A stretch of 62,718 bases of DNA, filler included, from an uncultured Thermoplasmatales archaeon (GTDB taxonomy: Archaea; Thermoplasmatota; E2; DHVEG-1), in assembly GCA_964517155.1 (NCBI GenBank). It is 8 parts of 8 records of this genome, joined end to end, with 100 filler letters (N's around TTAATTAATTAA, not from the genome) between each part and the next. Parts side by side here need not be neighbours in the genome. Positions count along the whole stretch, not along the records: positions 1 to 6,250 come from CAZFAZ010000062.1; positions 6,351 to 23,248 come from CAZFAZ010000063.1; 6 more parts are not named here. One strand, given 5' to 3'. The notes under the pieces were generated by a model. That model had not been told where the DNA came from. It searched no databases and worked only from the letters and a program-made list of their open reading frames with translations. Both the position numbers and the translations under genes were made by a program. How positions within the stretch are numbered: the first letter of the stretch is position 1; every line of letters starts with the position of its first letter. Positions 1-11,985 of this stretch are shown here, one piece after another.

Positions 1-59
1 GTATGTCCATCTTTTGGGTTAATTATCTTACTAATTCTGTTTTTCATACCCCAGTCCAT
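1..59 (-). CDS. 5' end of LsrF/DhnA-family class I aldolase/thiolase (runs off window start)
   Basis: Not in ORF track; minus strand reads MDWGMKNRISKIINPKDGHT, resembling the LsrF-type N-terminal DWGM..R.S.I.NP..G; GGAGG SD upstream. Confidence 0.7.
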   Translation of the reverse strand, partial: MDWGMKNRISKIINPKDGH

Positions 60-192
60 AAAAATCTTTGCCTCCGAAACAATAATATTTTTGGGTTAAT
101 AGAGGCAGTATTATATAAATGGTTTTGTGGCAAACCTTTTATTACATGTTTTGTTTCCATATTTTGCTTTAAAATATGGGAGGAAAAAAGTT

Positions 193-1641
193 ATGTCTGC
201 GATTAGTAATCTTGAGCCAAAACTTGTTTGGAAACATTTTGATGAAATTAGAAAAATTCCACGTTGTTCCAAACATGAAGAAAAAATACGAAAGTATATT
301 GTTGATTTTGCAAAAACACATAATCTTGAATATAAAATAGATAAAGTTGGAAACGTAGTAATTCGCAAAGCTGCAACAAAAGGAATGGAGAATAAAAAAG
401 GCGTGGTACTCCAAGGCCATATGGATATGGTCTGTGAGAAAAACAGTGATGTCAAATTTGATTTTTCAAAAGATTCTATACAACTAAATCTTAAAGGAGA
501 TGTTTTAACAGCAGTTGGCACAACACTTGGTGCAGACAACGGAATAGGTCTAGCAATGAGCCTTGCAATACTTGAAGATAAAACTTTAAAACATGGACCA
601 ATAGAAGCGTTATTTACTGTTGATGAGGAAACAGGTTTAACTGGTGCTTTTGCAATGGAAAAAGACCTACTAAAAGGAAAAATACTATTAAATCTTGATA
701 GTGAAGACTTTGGAGTTTTAACAGTTGGTTGTGCAGGTGGTGGAGATTCTCAGATAAAACTGCCTTTCAAAACGCAACCTGTAAACGGCACAATGGATAA
801 CGTCATGATAAAAGTATCAGGTCTTCGCGGTGGTCACTCAGGTGTTGATATTCATGAACAAAGAGGAAATGCCATAAAACTTTTAAGTAGAATGCTATGG
901 AAAGCAAAAAATGATTATAAATTTTATATAACTGAGATAAAAGGCGGGGATAAACACAACGCAATTCCTCGTGAAGCATATGCAAAGATTGTTGTAGATA
1001 AAAAAGACAAAGATAAATTTGTTTCACTGCTTAAGACTGAAGAAAAATACATACTTGATGAAATAAAGCCAATTGATCCTAACTTCAAAGTAGATGTAGA
1101 AAAAATTGAGAATTTAAAAACTACTATGACTGCTGATTCACAGAACTATTTACTTGATCTGCTCCATGGCCTTCCGCATGGTGTTGATAAAATGAATTAT
1201 GATATACCCGAGCTTGTAGATACTTCAACAAATCTTGCAACTGTTTCAATAAAAGAAAAAAACATAGAAATTGGAATGAGTACAAGAAGCAGTATAAAAT
1301 CAGCGCTTCAAGATTTTAGAGATAGAATACGGGCGGTAGCTGAGCTTTCTGGTGCAGAGGTAAAAGAAGATTCACCATACCCTGGATGGAAACCAAATCT
1401 AGATTCAGATATTCTAAAACTTTCAAAGAAAATATTCAAAGATGTATATGGAAAAGAGCCAAAAGTTGAAGCGATACACGCAGGATTGGAATGCGGAATA
1501 ATAGGTGAAAAATATCCTGGTATGGATATGATAAGCATCGGCCCAACAATTAAATATCCACATAGTCCAGAAGAACAAGTTCATGTTAGCACGGTTGATA
1601 AAACTTACAAATATGTGCTAAAGATACTTGAAAAAATCTAA
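193..1641 (+). CDS. pepD: Aminoacyl-histidine dipeptidase (M20C)
   Basis: IPRCSKHE, LQGHMDMVCEK, TTLGADNG, DEETG, GGHSG, IHAGLECG, HSPEE motifs; ATG at 193 preferred over 127. Confidence 0.95.
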   Translation: MSAISNLEPKLVWKHFDEIRKIPRCSKHEEKIRKYIVDFAKTHNLEYKIDKVGNVVIRKAATKGMENKKGVVLQGHMDMVCEKNSDVKFDFSKDSIQLNLKGDVLTAVGTTLGADNGIGLAMSLAILEDKTLKHGPIEALFTVDEETGLTGAFAMEKDLLKGKILLNLDSEDFGVLTVGCAGGGDSQIKLPFKTQPVNGTMDNVMIKVSGLRGGHSGVDIHEQRGNAIKLLSRMLWKAKNDYKFYITEIKGGDKHNAIPREAYAKIVVDKKDKDKFVSLLKTEEKYILDEIKPIDPNFKVDVEKIENLKTTMTADSQNYLLDLLHGLPHGVDKMNYDIPELVDTSTNLATVSIKEKNIEIGMSTRSSIKSALQDFRDRIRAVAELSGAEVKEDSPYPGWKPNLDSDILKLSKKIFKDVYGKEPKVEAIHAGLECGIIGEKYPGMDMISIGPTIKYPHSPEEQVHVSTVDKTYKYVLKILEKI

Positions 1642-1661
1642 TAAAAAATCTTTTTTTTATT

Positions 1662-2954
1662 TTATTTTTTTTCAAAGTTTAAAGATATAAGAGAATTATT
1701 TAGATAGTAAAAATCTTCATCAGGAATATACAGGCCTTCTCCAACGGTGTAAACTAACAAAAAAGGAGTGCTTTGAAAATATTTTTTGAGTTTTTTCTGT
1801 ATTTCAAAGATTCTATAAGCAATTATTGCCTGCCTAATCGAAGAAGAAATCATAAAAGAAAAAACCGGCGTCTCAGAAGGTAAAACATCATACGTCGATT
1901 CAACAAGTTTATCAGGACTTAAATACCCCACAAAAATATCATCTTTTTCAATTTTACACATACTGCTTATAGAGTTCCCAAGAACTATGCCCAGAGGACG
2001 TAGAACTTCCTTATCGTTTTTATAATAGCCGATTGGCAACTGAATAAGATTAGTAATAAGAGCTTCAGGATCTATTGAGCTTTCAATTTGTTTTATCAGT
2101 CTTAAAAATTCTGGAAACGCAGGTTTACCATTTAATTTTTTAACAACCAATCTATCTTTGCTTATCTTTGTTATCTTAAAATTTACATCTAGTTTTTCTT
2201 GCCCATGCGTAAAATTTAGTTTAAAAGGAATATCTGTGTCTACAGCAAGACAAATAACTGAGTTAGTGGTAATTTCTCTGTTGAAAAATTGATAGTTAGA
2301 TGCAACAGGACCGGTGGCTGATGACCCATGTATCATATGAAACTCAGGCAATTGTTTTACAAGTTCTTCAAATACTTCTTGTTCTCGACCAAGACCTTTC
2401 TGAAAAACTTTTTGAGATATTTTTAATATAGGCATTACTATCTTTGCAAGTATCCTAGATTTAATAATTGGAACGTTTCCTTTACCTGAAACTCTTGGAA
2501 AAGCAACCCCTGAAATATTACTTATTAAAAACTTGTTTTTGTATCTGTTTTTCAAATCTTTTTTTATCATTTCTGCACAGCAAATAGCTGCTTTTTTAGG
2601 ATTTCGCTTAGTACCTCGGCCGATACCTACAGTTATATTCATATTTGGATAAGAAACCGCTAATGCAACTGCACCTTTAACAATGCAGCCCTCAGAAGTT
2701 ACAAAACCACTGGCATTACCACCTATCAAGATAGTTTTATCAGAAAGAATACTCCATATAGAATCTAAAAGAGGTTTAAAACCACCGTATTCTTCATAAT
2801 GAATTGTTGCAAATAATACAAAAAAATCAGGTTGTTTGCCTAATTTTTTAATAATTTCCTCTGCAAGTTCTTTACCTGCTTTACTTGGATTCATAATTGT
2901 AGTTGAAACAACAGCAACCTTGAAATCATTAGTTGTTTTATTTTCTAGATTCAT
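1662..2954 (-). CDS. Stand-alone FIST-domain protein
   Basis: PDFFVLFAT, LIGGNASG, THG..K..F.IT, V..LNGKPA, YTVGE pattern of FIST N and C domains. Confidence 0.8.
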   Translation of the reverse strand: MNLENKTTNDFKVAVVSTTIMNPSKAGKELAEEIIKKLGKQPDFFVLFATIHYEEYGGFKPLLDSIWSILSDKTILIGGNASGFVTSEGCIVKGAVALAVSYPNMNITVGIGRGTKRNPKKAAICCAEMIKKDLKNRYKNKFLISNISGVAFPRVSGKGNVPIIKSRILAKIVMPILKISQKVFQKGLGREQEVFEELVKQLPEFHMIHGSSATGPVASNYQFFNREITTNSVICLAVDTDIPFKLNFTHGQEKLDVNFKITKISKDRLVVKKLNGKPAFPEFLRLIKQIESSIDPEALITNLIQLPIGYYKNDKEVLRPLGIVLGNSISSMCKIEKDDIFVGYLSPDKLVESTYDVLPSETPVFSFMISSSIRQAIIAYRIFEIQKKLKKYFQSTPFLLVYTVGEGLYIPDEDFYYLNNSLISLNFEKK

Positions 2955-3058
2955 CCCGTCAAATAACAAAAATAAAATTAGAGAATATATATTTTATCTA
3001 AAAAACCGTCTTTTAAATACATAAGAGTTATCAAGAAAAAAAATATAACAGATATAAA

Positions 3059-3907
3059 ATGAAAGAACTATTTCAAGAAAAAGATAAAATTCAGATAAAA
3101 TTAGACGGAGTTCAAGAGACTTTGGTTTTACCCTTGTGGGGCAGAGCAATTGAAAGTATAAAACCAAATCCAATCATTGAAGATCATAAAGCTTTAGAGT
3201 TTATTAAAAAAATAGAGTATAATTGGAATAAAATAGGCTCCGGTTATAATGATGACGGTGCTCTTTCATATATATTTCGTGCTAAAAGTTTAGATGATGC
3301 AATCTTAACTTATATAAACAAACATCCAAACGCTACAATTGTAAACATCGGCGCTGGACTTGACACAACATTTACACGTGTAGATAACGGAAAAATTCTA
3401 TGGTATGATTTAGATTTACCGGAAGTAATTAATCTTCGTAGTAAATTGATGAAAGAAACAAATCGTATGAAGTTTATTTCAAAATCTGTTCTTGATTTCA
3501 GTTGGTTTAACGACATAACTTTTAACAAAGACGACGGGATTTTTTTCACGGCAGGAGGGGTTTATCATTATTTTAATGAAGAGGATATAAAAAAATTGTT
3601 TTGTGCGATGGCAGAAAGCTTTCCTGGTGGTGAGCATGTTTTTGATATTGTTTCAAAGTTTGGAAAGTTTCTTTCAAATAGAATGGTTAAAAAAGCAGGT
3701 AACACAGGCGCTCCTATGAATTGGCATGTTAAAAACGCAGAAAATATTGCAAAATGGCATAACAAAATCCAAATACTCGAAGAATACTCGTATTATAGTA
3801 AAATACAAAGGTCAAACTTGCTTGAAAGCAGCATGATATGGAAAATGAATATGTGTGACAAATTAAAAGCAGCAAAATATATCCACATATATTTTAAAAA
3901 AGCCTAG
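3059..3907 (+). CDS. Class I SAM-dependent methyltransferase (LCM/TcmP-like)
   Basis: ETL.LPLWGRA.ES, VNIGAGLDT.F.R, WYDLDLPEVI.LR. Confidence 0.9.
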   Translation: MKELFQEKDKIQIKLDGVQETLVLPLWGRAIESIKPNPIIEDHKALEFIKKIEYNWNKIGSGYNDDGALSYIFRAKSLDDAILTYINKHPNATIVNIGAGLDTTFTRVDNGKILWYDLDLPEVINLRSKLMKETNRMKFISKSVLDFSWFNDITFNKDDGIFFTAGGVYHYFNEEDIKKLFCAMAESFPGGEHVFDIVSKFGKFLSNRMVKKAGNTGAPMNWHVKNAENIAKWHNKIQILEEYSYYSKIQRSNLLESSMIWKMNMCDKLKAAKYIHIYFKKA

Positions 3908-3983
3908 TTTAAACCAAAAAACCCGCGTTAATATTTTAAATAAATTAGTATTTACAGTATTTATACACTAGAATTGGGATGTG

Positions 3984-6239
3984 ATGTCTGTAAAAAATGA
4001 ACCTGACGTTGTAAAAGAACTTAGAAAAGAAGAGTTCAACAAGTTACTATATCAAAAAAATGATGATAAAAACTATTATTTTTTAGAAAAAAAATCATTA
4101 GAAAATATAGATGAAAGCGATAAAAGCGATGACAGTTTAATAATTAAAAGTGAAGTAGCACCTGTTTTATCTGTTTTAAATGAATTCGAAGAAGTTAAAA
4201 AAACATTAATCCAGCCTTCTGAAGAAATAATCATATATGCAGATGATAAAGGTGGAATTATAGATGTAAACAATACAACTATTGAGTTTTTAAATATAAA
4301 AAAAGAAAAAATTATAAACAAAAAATTTTGGGATGTCATTAAAACAAATGATAAAAAGCCTTATGAAATTCAAGACATCTTTGAAAGCATAATAGCAGGC
4401 GAAAGACAAACAGGTTTTTCAAATAATATTGAAGATAAAAATGGAAATAACGTTACAATAGCTTTTAGTTTTTATCCAATAGCCAAACAAGGAAAAATAG
4501 ATCTTTTGATGATACTAGGTAGAAACGTTTCTGAGATGGAGAAATACAAAGAGAACCTAATTGAAAATGGTGAAAAATTCGATTCATTAGCAAAGTATTT
4601 TGACATGTTATCTGACACAGCAATTGCTCTTGGTAAAAGAGATTTATTTAGCAATGTAAACGACATAATATTCCAGCTAGACCCAAAAGGTAGAATTACT
4701 TTTATAAACTCTGCAGTTAAAAAAATAGCAGGGTATAATCCAGAAGAATTAGTTGGTAGAACCTTTAAAAAAATTGTTCCAATAAATGTTTGGAATGATA
4801 TTCAAAAAACATTTTTTTCAGATAATGATAACCTAGAAATCAATAGTTTTGAAACAGTTATCAAAACAAAAAACAATGTAGTAATACCTGTAGAAATCAA
4901 CTGCAAGTTAACAATGCATGGCGTTGAGCTATTGGGTAAAAAAAAGAAGTTAAGCATACAGGGAAGTATAAGGGATATAACTGCTAGAAAAGAAGTAGAA
5001 ATTGCATTAAAAGAAAGCGAAGAAAACTATCGCACGATTTTTGAAAATGCAAGTGATGTAATAGTGTATCTTGATAGAACAGGCAATATCTTGAATATAA
5101 ACAAAAGTATAATTGAGACTTTTGGGCGTAAAAAAGAAGAAGTAGTCGGTAAAAATTTTACAGAACTGGGCATGTTTGAAACAAAAAATCTACCATTAAT
5201 TGCAAATATGATGAAAGATGTTCTTTCAGGAAAAAATTATTCGTTATTTGAAACAGAGATTAAACATACAGATGGCAGCAGAATCCCAATTGAAGTTAGC
5301 GTTTGCTCAGTCAAAAAGAAAGGACGAAAAGAAGGACTTCTTTGCATAGTAAGAAATATCACGGAAAGACGTAAAGTCGAGGAAGAAAGAAGGAAAAACG
5401 CAGAGAGAATAAGAAAAATTAATGAAGAATTACAGATGGCAAACAAAGATTTAAAAATAGCTCAAGAAGAGCTAAAAGTTCTTAATCAGAATCTTGAGAA
5501 AAAAGTCGAAGAAAGAACAGATGAAGTTCAAAAACTATTGAAGCATAAAATTGAATTCATAGGTCAGCTAGGTCATGATTTAAAAAGTCCACTGACACCA
5601 GTTGTTGCCTTAGTACCTATACTAAAAGAAGAAGAAACAGATGCTAAAAGAAAAGAATTATTAGATGTAGTCGAAAGAAATGTAAATTATATGCGGGATT
5701 TAGTCGGTAAAACATTAAAGTTTGAGCGGCTTAACTCCCCAAATCTTAAACTTAATCTTGAAGAGATAAAACTTTTTGATATAATAAACAGGATACTTCA
5801 AAATAAAAAATATCTTTTTGATGAAAAAGAATTATCAACCGAAAACAATGTTGATAAAAACATTATTACAAACGTTGATAGAATAGAGTTTGGAGAACTA
5901 ATTGATAATTTACTTACAAATGCTTTTAAATATACTCCAAAAGGAGGAAAAATAACCTTTAATTCCAAATTGGAAGAAGATTATGTGATAATCTCCTTAA
6001 AAGATACAGGCATCGGTCTTACAGAGGAGCAAAGCAGCCATATTTTCGAGGAATTCTATAAAGTTGATGATTCAAGACACGATCTAGACAGCAGCGGTTT
6101 AGGGCTTTCTATTTGCAAGAGAATAGTTGAAAAACACGGTGGCAGAATCTGGGCTGAAAGCCCTGGTCTAAAACAAGGTTCAACTTTTTATTTTACGATA
6201 CCACTCAAAAAAGAAAAAATAGTTGTTCCTGAAAGTTAG
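3984..6239 (+). CDS. Soluble 3xPAS sensor histidine kinase
   Basis: Three PAS/PAC repeats; H-box HDLKSPLT, N-box NLLTNAFKYT, G1 DTGIG, G2 GLGLSICK. Confidence 0.95.
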   Translation: MSVKNEPDVVKELRKEEFNKLLYQKNDDKNYYFLEKKSLENIDESDKSDDSLIIKSEVAPVLSVLNEFEEVKKTLIQPSEEIIIYADDKGGIIDVNNTTIEFLNIKKEKIINKKFWDVIKTNDKKPYEIQDIFESIIAGERQTGFSNNIEDKNGNNVTIAFSFYPIAKQGKIDLLMILGRNVSEMEKYKENLIENGEKFDSLAKYFDMLSDTAIALGKRDLFSNVNDIIFQLDPKGRITFINSAVKKIAGYNPEELVGRTFKKIVPINVWNDIQKTFFSDNDNLEINSFETVIKTKNNVVIPVEINCKLTMHGVELLGKKKKLSIQGSIRDITARKEVEIALKESEENYRTIFENASDVIVYLDRTGNILNINKSIIETFGRKKEEVVGKNFTELGMFETKNLPLIANMMKDVLSGKNYSLFETEIKHTDGSRIPIEVSVCSVKKKGRKEGLLCIVRNITERRKVEEERRKNAERIRKINEELQMANKDLKIAQEELKVLNQNLEKKVEERTDEVQKLLKHKIEFIGQLGHDLKSPLTPVVALVPILKEEETDAKRKELLDVVERNVNYMRDLVGKTLKFERLNSPNLKLNLEEIKLFDIINRILQNKKYLFDEKELSTENNVDKNIITNVDRIEFGELIDNLLTNAFKYTPKGGKITFNSKLEEDYVIISLKDTGIGLTEEQSSHIFEEFYKVDDSRHDLDSSGLGLSICKRIVEKHGGRIWAESPGLKQGSTFYFTIPLKKEKIVVPES

Positions 6240-6250
6240 GTTAAATTTAA

Positions 6251-6350
6251 NNNNNNNNNNNNNNNNNNNNNNNNNNNNNNNNNNNNNNNNNNNNTTAATT
6301 AATTAANNNNNNNNNNNNNNNNNNNNNNNNNNNNNNNNNNNNNNNNNNNN
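6251..6350. other. Artificial contig linker (same linker at 23249-23348, 37180-37279, 41529-41628, 46156-46255, 50887-50986, 54386-54485)
   Basis: N44-TTAATTAATTAA-N44, giving stops in all six frames. Confidence 0.99.
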
Positions 6351-9300
6351 TCATTATGAACAAGAGACTTTGCCATATCACCCCAAACCACATTATAAGT
6401 ATGATAAGGCACAACCTCAAAATTAAAAGTAGGGACACGTTCATATATCATATCAATAGATGTTATGATATTATCACCGAAAACATCACCAACCTGTAAT
6501 TCACCTGCCGTGATCTGAGTTCCATTGACAAAAATAGGATGATTAGGAGTAATTTCTAAATCATCGTTAAGAACCAGATAATAATCAGTCATCTCAGAAG
6601 GATTATGATAAAATACATAACTTACAATTCCAGTTTTCCATTCCTCTGAATCAATATCATAAGAAACAACAGTATCACCAACAACAATATCTTCAATGTT
6701 TTTAGTGGAACCATCGGCCATTTCAATCTGAGTACCTGCAAGGAAACAGGCATCTCCCCATTTCCTCCGATTTTCTGCTGCTTCTGTTATTCTATCTAGA
6801 AGATCAACTAACCAAGCAGGGAGAGAATAACCTTTATCTTTTAAATGTTGGGCAAAGTCAGAAAGAGTCATTCCATTTATTGTTAAATCACCAATGTCAA
6901 CAAGATCCCCAAAGTTTTCACCTTTATCCTGCAACCAGTTTATAAGTTCATTTAATGTATTAAATACTGGGTAATCAGCGTCAGGGTCAACATCTAAACC
7001 TAACAAGTCTATAATAAACTGACCGTAGTTTCCATTATTCAGTGCATTAATATTTATATGTACATCTAGTTCCACTTCTGTTTCTCCTCTTTGAACTGTA
7101 AGACCTATCTCAAATGAATCACCAAGAATATCATATAAAAGAGGGTTCTCTGATTTATCAATATCAAATTCTAATCCAAATCTACCTTGTACACCTTCTT
7201 TGTTTGAATTAAAACTCAGCCTATAACCATCTTCATAACGATCTAATGATATGCTTCCATCTGTTCTAGGATCTAGCTTAAGTTCATATACATGAAGAGT
7301 AAGACCTTTTAAATCAGTAGCAATATCACCTTCATAAATAAGACCATCTGAAGAAAAACTTAAACCAAATATAGTATCATAACCAGTTTCACTTTGTATA
7401 GTCCAATCCTCAGGATTCAACCAACCGTTTTCCATGTTATCCAAAATACTATCAACGCCAACTATGAAATCTGTAAAATGTAAATCACCATCAAACTGGT
7501 TAATATTTCCAGTTAAAAGACCACCAAGTGCAGAAAATGTAAAACTATCCCAGTTTGAACCCAATTGATTATTTAAATAAATGTCACCTGTGCTAGTATC
7601 AACATAAAATTCAAACATTCCGCTACCGTGGAAATTCTCAATATTATAATAACCTTCAGTACTGCCAATCATTGCTAATAAAGACAATAATTGATCAACT
7701 TTTTCAGAATCAATATTATCTAACAAACCAACAATAATATCAATAATTTCATCAGGATTAACACCAAACTGATTGCAAATAACATCAAAATTTGGTAACT
7801 CATCTCTAAACCAATCAGCATCAATATCACTAAAATCACTGAAATCATCTGTTATATCTTTTAAAGCATCATACCAAAGATAAAACTGATCAAAACCCCA
7901 TGTAATATCAAGATTACCATCAGATATTTCACCATCAATACCAAAATCAATAGTCCAACCCTCCTCAGTAGTCTTTACTTCAAAAGTGATTTCAGCATCA
8001 ACAGAAGCAGTACCTCTAAAATAAGAAGTTCCAACAGTTATATCTACTTCAACAGTACCATTAACAACATGTTTTGGAGGAGCGCCATTTTCACCAGGGA
8101 TGAATCTGTAGGTACCATCAAAACCAAGCTCAATTGTTTTTATATGTATCTCAAAACCGGCAATGTTAATGATTAAATCTTCTAAACTTAACGAAACTCC
8201 ACCTTCAGCCTCTACAGTACCATCAGGATAAACATTGATCGAACCGGAAAAATCAAATATAAAACTTTTACAAGACACCTCAACAAAACCACCAAATACA
8301 CTAAGATAAAAATCATCTATAGTAAACATTGCATCTCCAACATATGTAATAGCAGAGTTTCCATCATCGTCTAGTATTATCTTACATTCTCCACCCAAAG
8401 AAAACACTACGGATTCAATTTTTAAACTCAAAACCTCTGATGAATCAGAAAAACCATTAAGAGGATGACACGAAGAGCTGCTAATAGCAAAAGTTATATC
8501 CTCAAGTACAAGAGATGCCTCTGCACTTATAAATATCTCTATATTACCCTCTTCAGATAAAGTTGAAAAAATATTAAGATCTAAATCAAGATTTATAGCA
8601 TCAATAGAGCTTGAAAAATCTAAAAGCTGATCGTGTGGACCATCAACACGATAATTTGACACTCCAAACTCAAAACCATTAATCTCTGCATTTCCATGTA
8701 ATTCAAGATTTAAACCACTCAGCGAAAGAACTCCATCATAATCAATACTTAATTCACCTTCTATTTTGTCAATCGAAAACCAGATTTCAAGTGGATCGGG
8801 ATATAAAAATGGATAACCCTCTGGTTTATCATCCTTTTGTTTAAAATAAAAATTGATATCTTCGCATTTAAGGTTAAAGTCTCCTGAAAATTCGACTTTA
8901 TATAAATTAGGCGTCCAAAGTTGAAAATCACCATTAATCTCTATTCTTCCTATTTCGATTTCTAATATATTATCTGAATCTACTTTTTTAAGTCTTAAAT
9001 TATTGATCTGAAACTCTGGTGAACCATATGCATACGCACTTATACCACTTATACCTAAATTAAAATTTCCATCTTTAAAAGAAATATGTATACTTATAGT
9101 AGCCCCAATAATCATATTCCAGTCAACTTTAATTTCATCCATCTCAACAAGCCATCCATTAAATTCTCCCGAAGTATTGGTCTGATGTATATCATAAATA
9201 TGAACCTTTGCAAAAAAAACTAAAGAGCAAAATAATTCAAGATCTATTTCCCCAGTAGTTAAATTAATATTAACTATAGCAAAACACTGCCCCCCTCCTG

Positions 9301-11770
9301 TCGCACGTATACCAATTCTAATATATATACCTGCTACATTAAATAAGAGGCCTAACCCAGTACTACCACCAACAGCAAACGTACAATAAATACGTAAATT
9401 ATCTCCATCTAAGAAACCCGAAAATTCACCTGAAACATCAAATGTTAGACCCATTCCCATTACTGTTAGACGACCGCCAGCTCCAAAATAACCATTAAAT
9501 CTCCCACTAGCAATATCAATTGAAATATTAACATTACCACTCATATGTAAAGTAATTCCACCTACAGGACTTGCACTAATGACAAGATCTGCATTAATTG
9601 GAGCTAGACTTATATCCCACGTTCCATTATAAACCTCCGACTCAAGTATTCCATCGATATAAAAATAGTTAAACCATATAGCAGGGCTTGAAGGCAAATC
9701 TTCCGAAGATGAACCCCTCTCAGGCATAATACCTATACCAAAATCAGTAAATTGTGCAGTGCCATCTATTTTAAACCAGATCCTATCAGTATCATATTCT
9801 AAAGTCCATTCTGCAAATAAAAAGATACTTCCGATATATCCTAAAAAATCATTATAGCTTATACTTATATCAGCAATTGCAATACCTCTATCCTTAGATG
9901 CAAAAGCTTCGACTAACATTGCAGTTTCATTGCCCGTTTCATCAACAGTCCAATTGATATTAAGGTAACAGATACCATTTGTCGCCGAGTAAATAGAGCC
10001 AACATCTACAGATATATAAGAATCCAAAATTTTACCTACAAAATAAAGACCAGTAGCTTTTGTCTTTGAACCCTGATACCTAAATACTGCGTTGTCACCT
10101 GATTTTTCAACAATAATATGAGTATCACTATGAAGCTCAAGGCTGCTAAAACCAAGATTAATCCAGTTATCATCTATACCAATAGCTAACCCATAAATCT
10201 TTGATAGACCGCCCTTGGATTCCAGCTTAAAAAAACCCAAGTTTTTATTCCATGATATCTCAACAGTATGATCAAGGCCACCCATATAAAAATCACCTTT
10301 AACAGCAACAACATTATCATCTATTTCAACAACAGTATCAATGCTTATGAACATACTACCGCCAATAATTATATGACCTTCTTCAGCAGTAATATAACTA
10401 TCAGAATCAATTTCTAGCATAAACTCAAGACTAGTATCAACCTGAACACTATCAACAAAAATTCCAAAATCACCAAAACCAAGATACAAACCCTCAATCA
10501 GAATATCAACTGAACTGACAAGGCAAAATACAACACCAGCATCCTCTGTAAACTCAAAAACAGCAGAACTACGAAAACTAATAAGATCTGCAGCTATTAA
10601 AATACTATCAAACTTTAAACTAAAATCATAAACATCAATCACTGACTCCCCTATAAAATTTCCATTTGCAGAAATACCGGATTCATCCCAAGAAACACCC
10701 AGGTTTTCAGCCTCACCAATCATCGAAAAATCAAAAGTACCACTAACAGAGATATTAGCACCTAAAATATCCTCAAGGTTAACATCAAAGGATAAATCTT
10801 CCAAAGCAATAACACCCTCAAAACTAAAATCCCCTTCAAAACCCTGATGCTCAAGCAAGATGTAACCATTGGTATCAACTACAAGAGAACTAGTAACAAA
10901 AATAATGTTATTATTGATATTAAGATAAAGGTTACTAAACTCAAAATAACCATCACCTGTAATTTCCAGATAACCCAAGGTTTTATTCCAAGTAATCTCA
11001 ACAAAACCTGTATCCGGGCCGATAAAAACATGAGAACTAATAGTCACAATAGTACCATTTACATCCATAGTAAAATCAAGATCCATACTACCCTGACCAA
11101 GAAACAAAAAACTACCAGCAGTGGGAACTATAATTATATCAGGATCATCCTCTTCTTCATCCTCAGAAAGGATGCCCATAGAAGAACCACATGAACCACA
11201 TAACTCACAGCCACTATCCCCCTCATCAGAAGTTACCCCCTCTGATCGTACAAACCTACTAAAAAAAGGTAAATTTGCCAATATAGGAAAACGATCAACA
11301 AACTTATTTATAAAATCAGATAAAAAACTAAACATAAAACCATTTTCAGAATCTTTATTTCTAAGGCTAAAATAACTACTACTACGAACTAAATCATCAT
11401 CAACAACATCTGAATCATCATTTTTAGTATATCTAGAGTAATCCACCTCATCAGGTCTTTTCAAAAAAGGAAAAACAGGCTTATCCACAATCTCATCGGA
11501 GTCTTCTTCCGATTCATTCTCATCTAAATCAGAAAGATTACTTGAAACCCTTTCACCATTATGCTCTGCATTAAAATTACGAACTACAGCATTATCATAA
11601 TTAGAAACATCTTCATCATGACCCTGCTGAGAATCTAAAACATCAACATTACGGCCAATAACTGTTGCAAAAGATGCAAAAACAAGCAAAAAAACAACAA
11701 AGATACTAACTAGATTCTTAATGTTCGTTTGTCTAAAAACAGCTTTTTTAATATTCATTTTTTTTTGCAT
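6351..11770 (-). CDS. Giant secreted acidic beta-rich protein with C-terminal Hint domain (3' truncated)
   Basis: N-terminal signal peptide; Hint at 6748-6353: CFLAGT..MADG..K.IEDI.VGD.V, TPNHP, FNFEV..YHTY, LVHN. Confidence 0.88.
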
Positions 11771-11985
11771 ATGAGAAATTCCCCTAGGTTTTTATATTAA
11801 TATCCAATAATATAGACATTTAACTATACTTAGATATTTGTCATTCTTAGTATATATAAGTTACTATATAAGTCTTATCAATAATTTTATAAATATTAAG
11901 AGATATTTTCAAAGTAAAGTCAAAATATAGTGAGAATTATACAAATTCAAAAAACATAGTTTTTTTAGATTTGTATTACATCAAA

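Noticed and set aside
1662..6239. FIST protein, methyltransferase and kinase as one signalling system
   Set aside because: FIST gene is divergent, there is no receiver on the contig, and nothing beyond adjacency supports a link
6251..6350. Repeated TTAATTAATTAA palindrome within N-runs (7 copies)
   Set aside because: Artificial contig spacer with six-frame stops; ORF ends such as 'XXLIN' and cross-linker gene neighbourhoods are artefacts
6353..6748. Hint domain as a classical self-splicing intein
   Set aside because: The +1 residue is Asp/Glu, there is no homing endonuclease, and the host is not a conserved enzyme
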